64,000 nucleotides of DNA from Paracoccus sp. UBA889 (GTDB lineage: Bacteria; Pseudomonadota; Alphaproteobacteria; Rhodobacterales; Rhodobacteraceae): assembly GCF_002294185.1 (NCBI RefSeq), contig NZ_DBFD01000050.1. One strand, given 5' to 3'. Numbering within the stretch: position 1 is the first letter of the stretch; the number at the start of each line of letters is the position of its first letter. The position numbers and the translations under genes were made by a program. The notes under the pieces were generated by a model. That model saw only the letters and a list, made by a program, of their open reading frames with translations, did no database searches and was not told the DNA's origin. Shown here in pieces: positions 37,655 through 49,810 of the stretch.

Positions 37655-37698
37655 AACATTTTCTTGCGGCGCCGCGCGGTGGCGCATACCCTTTCGCG

Positions 37699-38748
37699 AT
37701 GGATCACGAGGCCAATCCGCCGGGGCGGGCAAAATTGTCGGATGTGGCGCGGCTTGCGGGGGTGTCGGCCTCGACCGTCAGTCGGGTTCTCTCGCGGCCC
37801 GATCTGGTGGCCGAGCCGACGCGGACCCGCGTGGCCGAGGCTGTGGCCGCGACCGGATACCGGCTGAACCATGCCGCCCGCAACCTGCGCAAGCAGCGCA
37901 CGGGCAGCGTCGTGGCGCTGGTGCCCAACCTCGGCAACCCTTTCTTCGCCAAGATCCTCGACGGGATGGGGCGCGAACTGGCGGCGGCGGGCTATGATCT
38001 GCTGGTCGCCGACACGCTGGACGAAAGCGGCCGTCACCGCGATCTGCGCGCCTTTCTGGATCCGTCCCGCGCCGATGGCATCATTCTGCTGGACGGGCTG
38101 GTGCCCCATGCCGATCTGACCGGCGGGGCGGGGCTGCCGCCCGTGGTCACGGCCTGCGAATGGATCGAGGGCGCGGATCTGCCACGGGTGGTGCTGGACA
38201 ATCGACAGGGCGCGCGGCTGGCTGTCGCGCATCTGCGCGAGCTGGGTCACGACCGCATCGGCCTGATCGGCGGGCCGCCCGACAATGTGCTGCACAAGGC
38301 CCGGCTGGACGGCGCCATGCAAGAGGCGCGGAATGCCGGGATCACGCTGTTTCCGGGCGATTTCAGCCTGCAGGCGGGCCGGGGCGCGGCGCGCGACTGG
38401 ATCGCGATGCCGGCGCATAGCCGCCCGACCGCCGTCTTCGCCTTTTCGGACGAGATGGCCTGCGCCTTTCAGTCAGGTCTGATCCGGGCCGGTTACCGGG
38501 TGCCCGCCGACCTGTCGCTGATCGGCTTCGACGATATCGACCTGGCCTCGCATCTGACGCCGGCGCTGACCACCATCCGCCAGCCGAAACGCGCCCTGGG
38601 CCGGGAGGCCGCACGAATCGTCCTGGCCCGGATCGCCGGGCACGCGGCGCCTGCCATCACGCGGTTGCAGCCCAGGCTGATGGTGCGGGAAACGACGGCC
38701 GCTCCGCCGGAATCGGCGAATCGGACGGCCTCTCCGACCGGCGCGTGA
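37699..38748 (+). CDS. LacI family regulator
   Basis: LSDVARLAGVSASTVSRVL, NHAARNLR, IGFDDI, PALTTIRQP. Confidence 0.93.
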   Translation: MDHEANPPGRAKLSDVARLAGVSASTVSRVLSRPDLVAEPTRTRVAEAVAATGYRLNHAARNLRKQRTGSVVALVPNLGNPFFAKILDGMGRELAAAGYDLLVADTLDESGRHRDLRAFLDPSRADGIILLDGLVPHADLTGGAGLPPVVTACEWIEGADLPRVVLDNRQGARLAVAHLRELGHDRIGLIGGPPDNVLHKARLDGAMQEARNAGITLFPGDFSLQAGRGAARDWIAMPAHSRPTAVFAFSDEMACAFQSGLIRAGYRVPADLSLIGFDDIDLASHLTPALTTIRQPKRALGREAARIVLARIAGHAAPAITRLQPRLMVRETTAAPPESANRTASPTGA

Positions 38749-38910
38749 TCGAACGCCGGAGCCAAGGGGCGGACAGGAATTTCAACCGGAATTCCCGCGG
38801 GTTGTCGTTAACTTCTCGGTAATGTGTTGCATTCTCTGCAATTCGGGCGAGCATCGCACGAAATGCGCGCTAAGGTTGTGCCAGCACAAAAACCTGAACG
38901 GACCTGAACG

Positions 38911-40175
38911 ATGTCGATCGCCTCCGCCGCCGAACGCTATTTCGTCAGCCTCGTGAATGCGAGCCGCGCAAGTTACGGGCTGGACCCCCTGCGCATCGAA
39001 ACCGCGCTGAACCAATCGGCGGACGCGCATTCGGCCTGGATGCTGTCGGCGGATGTCTTTTCGCATACCGGCCGCGGCGGCAGCAGCCCGACAGACCGGA
39101 TGCGGGCGGCGGGGCTGGATCTGGATGGGCGCTGGATGACGTCGGAAAACATCGCCTATCGCAGCGTGACGACGGGCGACGGGCTGAACGACGATGTGCG
39201 CGCCCTGCACCGGATGTTCATGGACAGCCCCTCGCATCGCGCCAATATCCTCAACCCCGATGCCGAGGTGATCGGGATCGGTCTCAAGGTCGGCGACTTC
39301 ACCCGCGACAATCAGGACTACAAGGTTCTGATGGTCACGCAGAACTTTGCGGCAACCGATGGCGATGTCGATATCGACTACAGCAACGGCCTGCCGCGAC
39401 TGCCGCTGCCGGATCTGGCGGTGACGCAGCCGGGCCGAGCCGCATGGCTGCCCCATTTCGACGGCCAGACCTATCTCAGCGCGCCATCGGGATCGGTCCG
39501 GGGGACGAGTCGCGGCGACGACATCCGGCTGGGCGGCTTCGACACCTTCGTTCGGGCGGGCAGCGGACATGACTGGATCGCGGGCGGCAATGGCGACGAT
39601 ACGCTGGAGGGTCAGGGCGGAAATGACCGGGTGCTGGGACAGGGCGGCAACGACCGCCTGGTCGGCGGGCTGGGCAACGACCTGATGCATGGCGGCAATG
39701 GCGACGACCTGATTCTCGGCAAGGACGGCAACGACCGGCTGACGGGCGGCGCCGGTGCCGACCTGGTCTATGGCGGCGCGGGCAATGACCGGATCGCCGG
39801 AGGCTCGGGCGATGACCGGCTGGTCGGCGTCGGCGGCGACGATTATCTGGCCGGAAATGATGGCGATGACCGGCTTGAAGGGCGCGGCGGCGACGATACG
39901 CTGCGTGGCGCGGCGGGCAATGACACGCTGATCGGCGGCGCGGGCGCGGACAGTTTCATCTTCGGCCCGGGCGGCGGCGTCGATCGGGTGGCGGATTTCG
40001 ATCCGATCGAGGACCGGGTGATGATCGCGCGAAGCGCCATCGGAACCAGCGACGCGAATTTCATCAGCGACGCGATCCGCGAGACGGCAGGTGGCGTCAT
40101 TGTCGAGCTTCTGGACGCGGACAGGATCGTCTTCGTGGGCGAGAGCCTCAGCGCCCAGGACGTGACGAACGCGAT

Positions 40176-40188
<13 letters not shown>
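38911..40188 (+). CDS. CAP (SCP) domain protein with RTX Ca-binding repeats, probable type I secreted
   Basis: CAP motifs FSHTG, SENIA, SPSHRANIL; GGxGxDxLx nonapeptides; no N-terminal signal peptide. Confidence 0.85.
39560..39965 (+). repeat. RTX nonapeptide tandem repeats (27-nt period, GGxGxDxLx), approximate bounds
   Basis: Repeated GGC GGC AAT GGC GAC GAC / GGC AAC GAC CGC CTG units inside the CAP-RTX gene. Confidence 0.85.
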
Positions 40189-41695
<1,507 letters not shown>

Positions 41696-41699
<4 letters not shown>

Positions 41700-43018
41700 G
41701 TCTTGCTGTCCGTTTTGGTCCGTCTGCCGGCCGGGGCGGCCTCGATCTCGGCCTTGCGCGCGATGTCCTGCAACCGCTTCGGCGCGGCGATGATACCGCG
41801 TTCGGTGAAATCGTCGTGCTGGGCCTCGATCCGGCGCCGGTCATAGAGGTAGTTGACCATCATCCCGAGGCTTTGCCTCGTTCCCCGGTCCGAAATGTCG
41901 GCGCCGGCGATCAGGCGGTGCGCCTCGGCGCCGTTGCCCAGGTGAAAGCGGGCCACCGGATCGCGGGGCCGGCCTTTGGCATCCTTGGCCAGCAGAAGGT
42001 AGCGCGCGGTCTGTGCGGTCAGCGGGCCGGGCTGCGGATCGCGCAGCAGGGCGGTGGCCTCGGCCTCGCCCGCGGCGGCCCGTTCCTCCAGCCAGGCGCG
42101 CAGGCCGGGAATCGGCGACAGCGTAACGAAGGTCGCCAGTTCGGGCAATTCGCGGGACAGTTCGGCGACCACGTTCTTGATCAGCAGATTGCCGAAACTG
42201 ATGCCCGCCAGCCCCGACTGGCAGTTCGATATGGAATAGAAGACGGCCGTATCGGCGTCTTCGGGGTCCAGCGGTGCACGGCTTTCGTCGATCAGCGCCT
42301 GCACGGAATCGGGCAGCCCGCGGGTCAGCGCGACCTCGACGAAGATCAGCGGCTCGTCGGGCATGGCGGGATGCATATAGGCATAGCAGCGCCGATCCAC
42401 CGGCAGGACCCGGCGCTGAAGATCGCGGAAATCGCGGATCTCGTGGACCGCCTCGTATTCGATCAGCTTTTCCAGCAGCAAGGCCGGGCTGTGCCAGTCG
42501 ATGCGCAGCAATTGCAGAAATCCGCGATTGAACCAGGATCGCAGCAGGTGACGGAAATCGGCATCGACGCGGGCAAAGGTCCGGTCGCGGCCCGTCAGCC
42601 GCAGCAGGTCGGCGCGCATCCCCACCAGCCGGACGGTCCCGCCCTGCGCCATGTTCAGCCGCCGCAGCAATTCCTGGCGCGGAGGCTCGGCCAAGCGCGA
42701 CAGGGCTTCCAGATCGGCGGGCGATCCCTTGTCCAGCCAGACCTTTGCAGCCCGGGCCAGCGCCGCGTGGTCGGGGTCGAAACCGTCGCGCAGGCCCTCG
42801 AAGAAGATGCGCTTTTCGGGATCGTCCAGCGCGGCATAGCCCGCCAGGATATCCGCCGCGACCGCCATGCCGCGGGTTTCCGATTGCAGTTCCGTCAGCG
42901 CGCGCGCGGCCCCGATCAGCGCATCCGGCGCCGGCGGCGGCGTGCCCTTGCCGCGCCGCCAGCCGGAACTGACGACAAGGCTGCTGAGGCGGTCATAGAG
43001 CTGCGCCGTCAGCGTCAT
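41696..43018 (-). CDS. matA: Malonyl-CoA decarboxylase
   Basis: LRSWFNRGFL, YEAVHEI, DRRCY, PLIFVEVAL, YSISNCQSGLAGISFGN, TLSPIPG, DPVARFHLGNGA. Confidence 0.93.
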
Positions 43019-44331
43019 AGCGCGGGCCCCATGATCAGATCCGGCAGGAACAGGGCGATCTGCGGAAAGATCGACAGCAGCACCATGCCGAGCACCATCA
43101 TCCCGACGAAGGGCAGCGAGCCGTAGAGAATGTCGCGCAGCGAAATCTGCGGCGCGATCCCGTTGATGACATAGAGGTTCAGCCCCACCGGCGGCGTGAT
43201 CAGCCCGATCTCCATGTTGATCGTCAGGATGACCGCGAACCAGTAGGGATCGAAGCCCGCCGAATCGAGGATCGGCATCAGGATCGGCGCCGACATCAGG
43301 ATGATGGCGACCGGCGGCAGGAAGAAGCCCGCGACCAGCAGAAAAAGCTGGATCACGATCAGCAGGATCCAGCGATTGACCTCCAGATCGGCGATGGCAC
43401 CGGCGACGGTCTGGGTGATGAACAGCGAGGACAGGGCAAAGGCGAACAATTCGGCCGCACCGATGATCAGCATGATCATCACCGCCTCGCGGATGGTGTC
43501 GCGGAAGATCGCGATCATCGGGCCCGCCCGCCACATCCGGTAGATGATCGCGACCAGCAGGATGCAGATCAGCGCGCCGGTGCCGGCCGCCTCCGAGGGC
43601 GTGGCGACACCGCCATAAAGCACGAAAAGGATGGCGGCCACGATCAGCAGGAAGGGCAGCACGCGGGGCAGGTTCTCAAGCCGTTCGGCCAGCGAATAGC
43701 GCCGCGTCACATCGCCAAGCGCGATCCCCTTGCGCCAGCAATCGATAAGCGCCCAGGCCATGAACAGCACCGTCAGCATCAGCCCCGGCAGCAGCCCGGC
43801 CAGAAACAGCCGCCCGATAGAGGTCTCGGTCGATATGCCGTAGACGATCATCGTGACCGAGGGCGGGATCAGGATGCCCAGCGTGCCGCCCGCCGCGATG
43901 GATCCGGCGGCCAGGCTGTCGGGATAGCCGCGCTTGGTCATTTCCGGGATGCCCATCTTGCCGATGGCGGCACAGGTTGCGGGGCTGCTGCCCGACAGCG
44001 CGGCAAACAGCGCGCAGGCGCCGATATTGGACATGACCATGCCGCCCGGCACCCGGTAAAGCCAGCGGTCCAGCGCTTCGTACAGATCCCTGCCCGCGGG
44101 CGAACTGGCGACGGCGGCGCCCATCAGGATGAACATCGGCACCGAGACCATGCCGAAATTGGCCAGCCCGGCGAAGAAGGTTTCGGACAGACCACCGATG
44201 GCGCTGAACCCCTCGGACAGGACCAGCGCCGCGACCGCGACGAAGCCAAGCGCGAAGGCGATGGGTGTGCCCGCGCCCAGCAGGCCCAGCATCGTGACCA
44301 GAACGGCGATACCCGCCATGGACGGAGACAT
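43015..44331 (-). CDS. dctM: TRAP large permease (malonate, by context)
   Basis: SGSSPATCAAIG, GGTLGILIPPS, ITPPVGLNLYV. Confidence 0.92.
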   Translation of the reverse strand: MSPSMAGIAVLVTMLGLLGAGTPIAFALGFVAVAALVLSEGFSAIGGLSETFFAGLANFGMVSVPMFILMGAAVASSPAGRDLYEALDRWLYRVPGGMVMSNIGACALFAALSGSSPATCAAIGKMGIPEMTKRGYPDSLAAGSIAAGGTLGILIPPSVTMIVYGISTETSIGRLFLAGLLPGLMLTVLFMAWALIDCWRKGIALGDVTRRYSLAERLENLPRVLPFLLIVAAILFVLYGGVATPSEAAGTGALICILLVAIIYRMWRAGPMIAIFRDTIREAVMIMLIIGAAELFAFALSSLFITQTVAGAIADLEVNRWILLIVIQLFLLVAGFFLPPVAIILMSAPILMPILDSAGFDPYWFAVILTINMEIGLITPPVGLNLYVINGIAPQISLRDILYGSLPFVGMMVLGMVLLSIFPQIALFLPDLIMGPAL

Positions 44332-44831
44332 CAGACCTCCTTGCCGGGCGTCTCGCCCGTGATCGCCATCAGCATCTGCACGATCAGTTGCAGCATCATC
44401 AGCCCCATCGCGAAAGGCACCGGCCAGAACGGGATCCACAGAGGCAGCGCCCAGATCGTGTCGGTCGTCCAGCCGCGCGAGGCGGCCTCGTAGAGAAAGA
44501 CGAAACCGGACCAGGCCAGCGCGCCGACAAAGCCCAACGAGGCCAGCCCCGAGATCAGCGCGAAGACCCGCCGCAGCCCCGGACCGGCCGCCTCGACCAG
44601 CAGATCGACCCCGACATGGCCGCGCAGCGCCAGCACGTAGGGGCTGCCCAGCATCATCGCCGCCGTGGTGGCGTAGATGACGAATTCGGTCTGCCACACG
44701 GTCGAGGCGCCCAGAACATAGCGGGAAAACACCATCTGCGTCACCACGACCGTCGCCGCGGCCAGCAGCATCATCGCAAGCAGGCCGCTGAGCCGGGCAA
44801 GACCGTTCAGAAGCCGCAGAAGGCCGCTCAT
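44331..44831 (-). CDS. dctQ: TRAP small permease
   Basis: Four TM segments, WQTEF, HVGVDL, PLWIP. GGAGG RBS favours the 44831 start. Confidence 0.88.
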   Translation of the reverse strand: MSGLLRLLNGLARLSGLLAMMLLAAATVVVTQMVFSRYVLGASTVWQTEFVIYATTAAMMLGSPYVLALRGHVGVDLLVEAAGPGLRRVFALISGLASLGFVGALAWSGFVFLYEAASRGWTTDTIWALPLWIPFWPVPFAMGLMMLQLIVQMLMAITGETPGKEV

Positions 44832-44874
44832 CGCCACCCTCCGCGGCTTCCCGTTCCGCGGGTCATCGCCAGGA

Positions 44875-45864
44875 TCATTCGACCGCCATCGCCTGGTCGA
44901 TCAGATCCTTGCCGCCCTCGACCTCGTTCGAGAAATTCTTGTACGAGGTATCCTGAGCGATCTTCAGCCAGGCATCGAAATTCTCGGGCGACATGGTGAC
45001 GACCTCGACCCCGGCCTTCTCGAAGGTGTCCACCATCTTGCTGTCCAGCCCGGCGGCCTGTTCGGCGAACCATTCCTCGGCCCGCTGGCCGGCATCCTTC
45101 AGCGCCTGCTGCTGTTCCGGGGTCAGCCGATCGAACGTCTTCTTCGAGATCAGGACCGGTTCATACATGAACCACAAGGCGTTTTCACCCGGTGCGGTCA
45201 GGCATTTGGCCTGTTCATACAGCCGGTAGCTGACCATCGACCCCGACGAGGTATTGGCCGCGTCCAGAACGCCGGTCTGCATCCCGGTATAGATCTCGGA
45301 CGAGGGCATCGAGGAAATCGAGGCGCCCGCGCCGACCAGCATCTGCTCGAAGGCCGGTCCCGCCGCCCGCGTCACCTGGCCCGAAATCGTGTCCGGCGCG
45401 GTGATGCAGTTCTTCTTGCTGACGAAACCTCCGGCAAGCCAGGCATCCGACAGGACCATGGCCCCGTTATCCTCGATCAGCTTGTGGATCGTGTCCATGA
45501 AGGGCGAATCGTTCAGCCGCGCGGCGCGTTCGTGGTTGCGCACCAGTCCCGGCATCAGCGTCACGCTGAATTGCGGCACCCGTCCCGCCGCGTAGTCCAG
45601 CGGGAACGAGGTCATGTCCAGTTGCCCGCTGGTCAGCGCGCTCCATTGTTCCTTGGCCTTGTAAAGCGATTCACCCGGATAGACGCGGATTTCCAGATCG
45701 ACGCCGGCATCGGCCACGTCCTTGGCGATCATCTGCATCATCTCGTCGCGGGCATCGCCCTTGCCGCCCGGAAACTGGTGGCTGGCTTTCAGAACCTCGG
45801 CCCCGGCGGCCAGCGGCATCGCGACACTCAGCGCCAGAACGGCGCAGGTTGACTTGAACTTCAT
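44875..45864 (-). CDS. dctP: TRAP substrate-binding protein (malonate, by context)
   Basis: Signal peptide, SHQFPG, RAAG, SSEIYTGMQTGVLD. Confidence 0.9.
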   Translation of the reverse strand: MKFKSTCAVLALSVAMPLAAGAEVLKASHQFPGGKGDARDEMMQMIAKDVADAGVDLEIRVYPGESLYKAKEQWSALTSGQLDMTSFPLDYAAGRVPQFSVTLMPGLVRNHERAARLNDSPFMDTIHKLIEDNGAMVLSDAWLAGGFVSKKNCITAPDTISGQVTRAAGPAFEQMLVGAGASISSMPSSEIYTGMQTGVLDAANTSSGSMVSYRLYEQAKCLTAPGENALWFMYEPVLISKKTFDRLTPEQQQALKDAGQRAEEWFAEQAAGLDSKMVDTFEKAGVEVVTMSPENFDAWLKIAQDTSYKNFSNEVEGGKDLIDQAMAVE

Positions 45865-45949
45865 CTTTCCTCCCTCGGGCGGAGCCCGCCCCGTTTCGCC
45901 GCATCGGACGCGGCTGTTCATTCTCCCGGTGCTCATTCTGTCTCGACTT

Positions 45950-45982
45950 TTGTGTATACACAAGCAATAATTATGCACACAA
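45950..45982. promoter_or_regulatory. MatR/GntR operator
   Basis: Perfect 14-bp palindrome TTGTGTATACACAA (45950-45963) plus degenerate TTATGCACACAA (45971-45982) between divergent dctP and GntR. Confidence 0.8.
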
Positions 45983-45994
45983 ACAGAAAGGATC

Positions 45995-46651
45995 GTGATG
46001 GCCAGCGCCGCCGACGACATCAGCGAGAGGCTGGAGGCCGAGATCGTCGAAGGCGTCCTGCCCCCCGGCACGCGACTGGAAGAGCCCGCCCTGGCCGAGC
46101 GTTTCGGCGTCTCGCGCACGCCGGTGCGCGAGGCATTGCAGCGCCTGTCGGCATCGGGGCTGGTCGAACTGAAGCCGCGCCGGGGAACGCAGGTGCTGAA
46201 CCCCTCGATCGGACGCATCGTCGAGATGTTCGAGGTGATGGCGGAACTGGAGGCCGTCTGCGCCCGGCTTTGTGCGCGACGCGGCGACCCCGACCTGTTT
46301 GCGGATCTGCGCGGCTGGCTGGCCCGCTGCGCGGCGGCGGCCGATACCGGCGACGCCTCGGCCTATTATACCGCGAACAAGGGCTTTCACAGCGCCATCT
46401 ATCGCGGATCGGGCAACCTGTTCCTGTCCCAGCAGGCCGAATTGCTGCATCTGCGGCTGACGCCCTTTCGCCGTCAGCAACTGCGTCTGCCCCGCCGCCT
46501 GCGTCAGTCGCTGGCCGAACACGGACGGATCGTCGCCGCCATCGAGGCGGGCGACGCCGCGGCGGCCGAGGCCGCGCAGCGCGCCCATATCCTGATCCAG
46601 GGCGAACGCTTTGCCGATCTTCTGGCCCAGCATGGCAGCGGCCGGGAATGA
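45995..46651 (+). CDS. GntR family regulator of malonate genes (MatR-like)
   Basis: LAERFGVSRTPVREAL; FCD domain; divergent from TRAP-matAB. Confidence 0.88.
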   Translation: MMASAADDISERLEAEIVEGVLPPGTRLEEPALAERFGVSRTPVREALQRLSASGLVELKPRRGTQVLNPSIGRIVEMFEVMAELEAVCARLCARRGDPDLFADLRGWLARCAAAADTGDASAYYTANKGFHSAIYRGSGNLFLSQQAELLHLRLTPFRRQQLRLPRRLRQSLAEHGRIVAAIEAGDAAAAEAAQRAHILIQGERFADLLAQHGSGRE

Positions 46652-46750
46652 GGCATCGGTCAGCGCGGGCTCGGGTGGCGGCGACAGCAATGTCGCGGCC
46701 GCGCGCCAGGCCGCAGGGCGGGGCTGAATGACGATGGCGGGCTGAGCAGA

Positions 46751-46765
46751 GTCCATATCGTGGAC
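46751..46765. promoter_or_regulatory. Candidate IclR operator 1 (GTCCA-N5-TGGAC)
   Basis: GTCCATATCGTGGAC; 14 of 15 bases repeated at 46847. Confidence 0.7.
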
Positions 46766-46846
46766 GCATGTCATTCGACTCTTTGCCGGGATTTTCTTCT
46801 TGCCCGGCAGGCTTTCCCTGCCTAACGTCCGGCCCCGGGAACGGCC

Positions 46847-46861
46847 GTCCATATCGTGGAT
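46847..46861. promoter_or_regulatory. Candidate IclR operator 2
   Basis: GTCCATATCGTGGAT, 96 bp downstream of copy 1 and 35 bp before the operon start. Confidence 0.7.
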
Positions 46862-46896
46862 GGCGGCGCCGGGGGGCGCCAGGGAGAGGATCGCGG

Positions 46897-48771
46897 ATGC
46901 AGCTGGCTGATGAGCCGGATGCCGAGCTGGCGCTTGGCGGGGTCGAATCACTGTCACAGCCCAGGCGGGCGGAATCCTGGATGCGGCCGGTCGAGCTGGC
47001 CTCGGCGGCGCTGCTGGTGGTGATGATCGTCACGGTCCTGGCCAATGTCACCTCGCGCTATCTGTTGAACAAGCCGCTGATCTGGGGCGACGAGGTTGCC
47101 TCGATCGCATTCATCTGGATGGCGATGTTCGGCGCGGCGCTGGCGGTGGATCGCCACGAACACATGCGGCTGACGGTGTTCCTGCCGATGCTGCCCGCGC
47201 CCCTGACCCGCTGGGTCGAGGTGGCGGGGCAGGCGCTGGTGGCGGTGCTGCTGCTGCGGCTGCTGCCGGTCGCCGCCAGCTATGCCTACGAGGAAAGCTA
47301 CGTCACCTCGCCCGCCTTGGGAATTCCGATGTCGTGGCGGGCCTCGGCGCTGCCGGCAGGGATCGGGCTGATGGCGGTGCTGACGGTCCTGTCGGTGATC
47401 CGCACCCGCGAATGGCGCCGGATCGCGGTCAGCCTTGCGGTTTTCGCGGCGATCGCCGGACTGCTGTGGTTGGCGAAGCCCGCCCTGATGGGGATCGGCA
47501 ACTGGAACCTGCCGATCTTTCTGGGCCTTGTGGTCGGGCTGCTGCTGGTCGCGGGCGTGCCCATCGCCTTCTGCTTCGCTCTGGGCACGCTGGCCTATCT
47601 GACCTTCGCCACCCGCTCGCCGGTCTTCGTGATGATCGGACGGATCGACGAGGGGATGTCGTCGATCATCCTGCTGTCGGTGCCGGTCTTCGTGCTGCTG
47701 GGCTGCATTCTGGACGCGACCGGCATGGGCCGCGCCATCGTCAGTTTCCTGGCGTCGTTCCTGGGGCACGTGAAGGCCGGGATGAGCTATGTCCTGCTGG
47801 GATCGCTGTTTCTGGTTTCCGGGATTTCGGGGTCGAAGGTGTCGGACATGGCCACCGTCGCCCCGGCGCTGTTTCCCGAAATGAAGCGGCGCGGCCATTC
47901 GGTGCCAGAGATGACGGCCCAGATGGCGGCGGGCGCGGCGATGGCCGATACGGTGCCGCCCTCGATCGTGCTGATCGTGCTGGGCTCGGTCGCGGGCGTA
48001 TCGATTGCGGGGCTGTTCACGGCCGGGCTGTTCATCGCGATGGTGCTGCTGGTCGCGCTGGCGGTGCTTGCCCGCTGGAAGGCGCGGGCCGAGGACATGT
48101 CGGCGGTCCGCCGCGCCACCTGGGGCGATGCCGGCCGGGCGGCGGTGATCGCCGTGCCGGCGCTGGTCCTGCCCTTCATGATCCGCGGCCTGGTCGGCGG
48201 CGGCGTGGCCACCGCGACCGAGGTTTCGACCGTCGCCGTGCTCTATGCCTGGGTCGCCGGGATCGTGCTTTACGGCGGCATCCCGATGCGCCGGATCACG
48301 CCGATGCTGGTGGAAACCGTCGCCATGTCGGGTGCGATCCTGCTGATTTTGGGCGCGGCCTCGGCGATGGCCTGGGGGCTGACGCAATCGGGCTTCGCGC
48401 GCGATCTGCTGACCTTCGTCACCGGTCTGCCGGGCGGTGCGGCGACCTTCATTCTGGCCAGCATCGTGATCTTTCTGGTGCTGGGCTGCGTGCTGGAGGG
48501 TCTGCCCGCCATCGTGCTGCTGGCGCCGATCATGTTTCCCATCGCGCGCGGCCTCGGCATCCACGACATCCACTACGCGATGATCGTCGTGACCGCGATG
48601 AATATCGGTCTGATGGCGCCGCCCATCGGCATCGGTTTCTACATCGCCTGCAAGATCGGCGGGGCCGAGGCCGATCAGGTCATGGCCCGCGTCTGGCCCT
48701 ATCTGGCCGCGCTGATGGTCGGTCTGGCCGTGATCGCCGCGATTCCGCAATTCTCGACCGCGTTTCTATGA
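46897..48771 (+). CDS. Fused TRAP permease (DctQM)
   Basis: N-terminal DctQ (WGDEVAS, EHMRL) fused to DctM (SGISGSKVSD, PPSIVLI, MAPPIGIG). Confidence 0.9.
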   Translation: MQLADEPDAELALGGVESLSQPRRAESWMRPVELASAALLVVMIVTVLANVTSRYLLNKPLIWGDEVASIAFIWMAMFGAALAVDRHEHMRLTVFLPMLPAPLTRWVEVAGQALVAVLLLRLLPVAASYAYEESYVTSPALGIPMSWRASALPAGIGLMAVLTVLSVIRTREWRRIAVSLAVFAAIAGLLWLAKPALMGIGNWNLPIFLGLVVGLLLVAGVPIAFCFALGTLAYLTFATRSPVFVMIGRIDEGMSSIILLSVPVFVLLGCILDATGMGRAIVSFLASFLGHVKAGMSYVLLGSLFLVSGISGSKVSDMATVAPALFPEMKRRGHSVPEMTAQMAAGAAMADTVPPSIVLIVLGSVAGVSIAGLFTAGLFIAMVLLVALAVLARWKARAEDMSAVRRATWGDAGRAAVIAVPALVLPFMIRGLVGGGVATATEVSTVAVLYAWVAGIVLYGGIPMRRITPMLVETVAMSGAILLILGAASAMAWGLTQSGFARDLLTFVTGLPGGAATFILASIVIFLVLGCVLEGLPAIVLLAPIMFPIARGLGIHDIHYAMIVVTAMNIGLMAPPIGIGFYIACKIGGAEADQVMARVWPYLAALMVGLAVIAAIPQFSTAFL

Positions 48772-48784
48772 TCCAAGGGAGGAC

Positions 48785-49804
48785 ATGATCATGAAATTCA
48801 ACCGCCGTTCGCTGGTTCTGGGGGCCTCGGCCGGGGTGCTGGCCTCGCCGTTCATCCGGCTGCGCCCTGCCAATGCCGCCGAATTCACCATGAAGCTGGC
48901 CAACAACCAGCCGCTGGAACACCCGACCAATATCCGCGCCGCCGAGGCGGTCAAGGCCATTGCCGAACAATCCGACGGCCGCGTCGATGTGCAGGTCTTT
49001 CCATCGAACCAGCTGGGCGCGGATACCGACGTGCTGAGCCAGTTGCGCGCCGGCGGGGTCGAATTCTTCCTGCTGTCGCCGGTGATCCTGTCGACGCTGG
49101 TGCCCAATGCCTCGATCAACGGTATCGGCTTCGCCTTCCCGGATTACGATGCCGTCTGGAAGGCGATGGATGGCGAACTGGGCGCTTATGAGCGCGGCCA
49201 GATCGAGGATGCGGGCCTGGTCGTGATGGAGAAGATCTGGGATAACGGCTTTCGCCAGACGACCACGTCGACCAAGCCGATCGAGGGGCCGGCCGATCTG
49301 GAAGGCTTCAAGATCCGGGTTCCCGTCTCGCCGCTCTGGACCTCGATGTTCACCGCTTTCGGATCGGCGCCGACCTCGATCAACTTCGCCGAGGTCTATA
49401 CCGCATTGCAGACCGGCGTCGTCGACGGGCAGGAAAACCCGCTGGCCATCATCAAGGTCGCCAAGATGTGGGAGGTGCAGAAATATGTCAGCATGACCAA
49501 CCACATGTGGGACGGGTTCTGGATGCTGGCCAACCGCCGCGCCTGGGGCGCCCTGCCCGAGGATCTGCAACAGATCGTGGCCGAGAACTTCAACAAGGCA
49601 GGCATGGACCAGCGCCAGGACGTGATGCAGTTGAACGCCGATCTGCGGGGCGAACTGGAGGGGCAGGGTCTGGTCTTCAACGATGTCGATCCCAAGCCGT
49701 TCGAGGACAAGCTGCGCGAGGCGGGCTTTTACGCCGAGTGGAAGAAGACCTATGGCGACGAGGCCTGGGCGATCCTGGAATCGGCGGTCGGCCGCACGCT
49801 GTAA
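48785..49804 (+). CDS. dctP: TRAP substrate-binding protein (sugar-acid-type DctP)
   Basis: Tat-like RRSLVL leader, VFPSNQLG, WDNGFRQ, GFKIRVP, EVYTALQTGVVDGQENP, TNHMW. Confidence 0.9.
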   Translation: MIMKFNRRSLVLGASAGVLASPFIRLRPANAAEFTMKLANNQPLEHPTNIRAAEAVKAIAEQSDGRVDVQVFPSNQLGADTDVLSQLRAGGVEFFLLSPVILSTLVPNASINGIGFAFPDYDAVWKAMDGELGAYERGQIEDAGLVVMEKIWDNGFRQTTTSTKPIEGPADLEGFKIRVPVSPLWTSMFTAFGSAPTSINFAEVYTALQTGVVDGQENPLAIIKVAKMWEVQKYVSMTNHMWDGFWMLANRRAWGALPEDLQQIVAENFNKAGMDQRQDVMQLNADLRGELEGQGLVFNDVDPKPFEDKLREAGFYAEWKKTYGDEAWAILESAVGRTL

Positions 49805-49810
49805 TCCGCG

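Noticed and set aside
36619-37698. Apparent large N-terminal extension on LacI (709 aa); likewise on the 22228 LysR, 49468 thiolase and 28532 PxpC ORFs
   Set aside because: The extensions overlap other real genes; the true starts are internal.
38808-38822. CtrA-like TTAA-N7-GTAA upstream of CAP-RTX
   Set aside because: One mismatch in a short motif with no supporting context.
39560-39965. CRISPR-like periodic repeats
   Set aside because: The 27-nt periodicity is in-frame RTX coding sequence; there are no unique spacers or cas genes.
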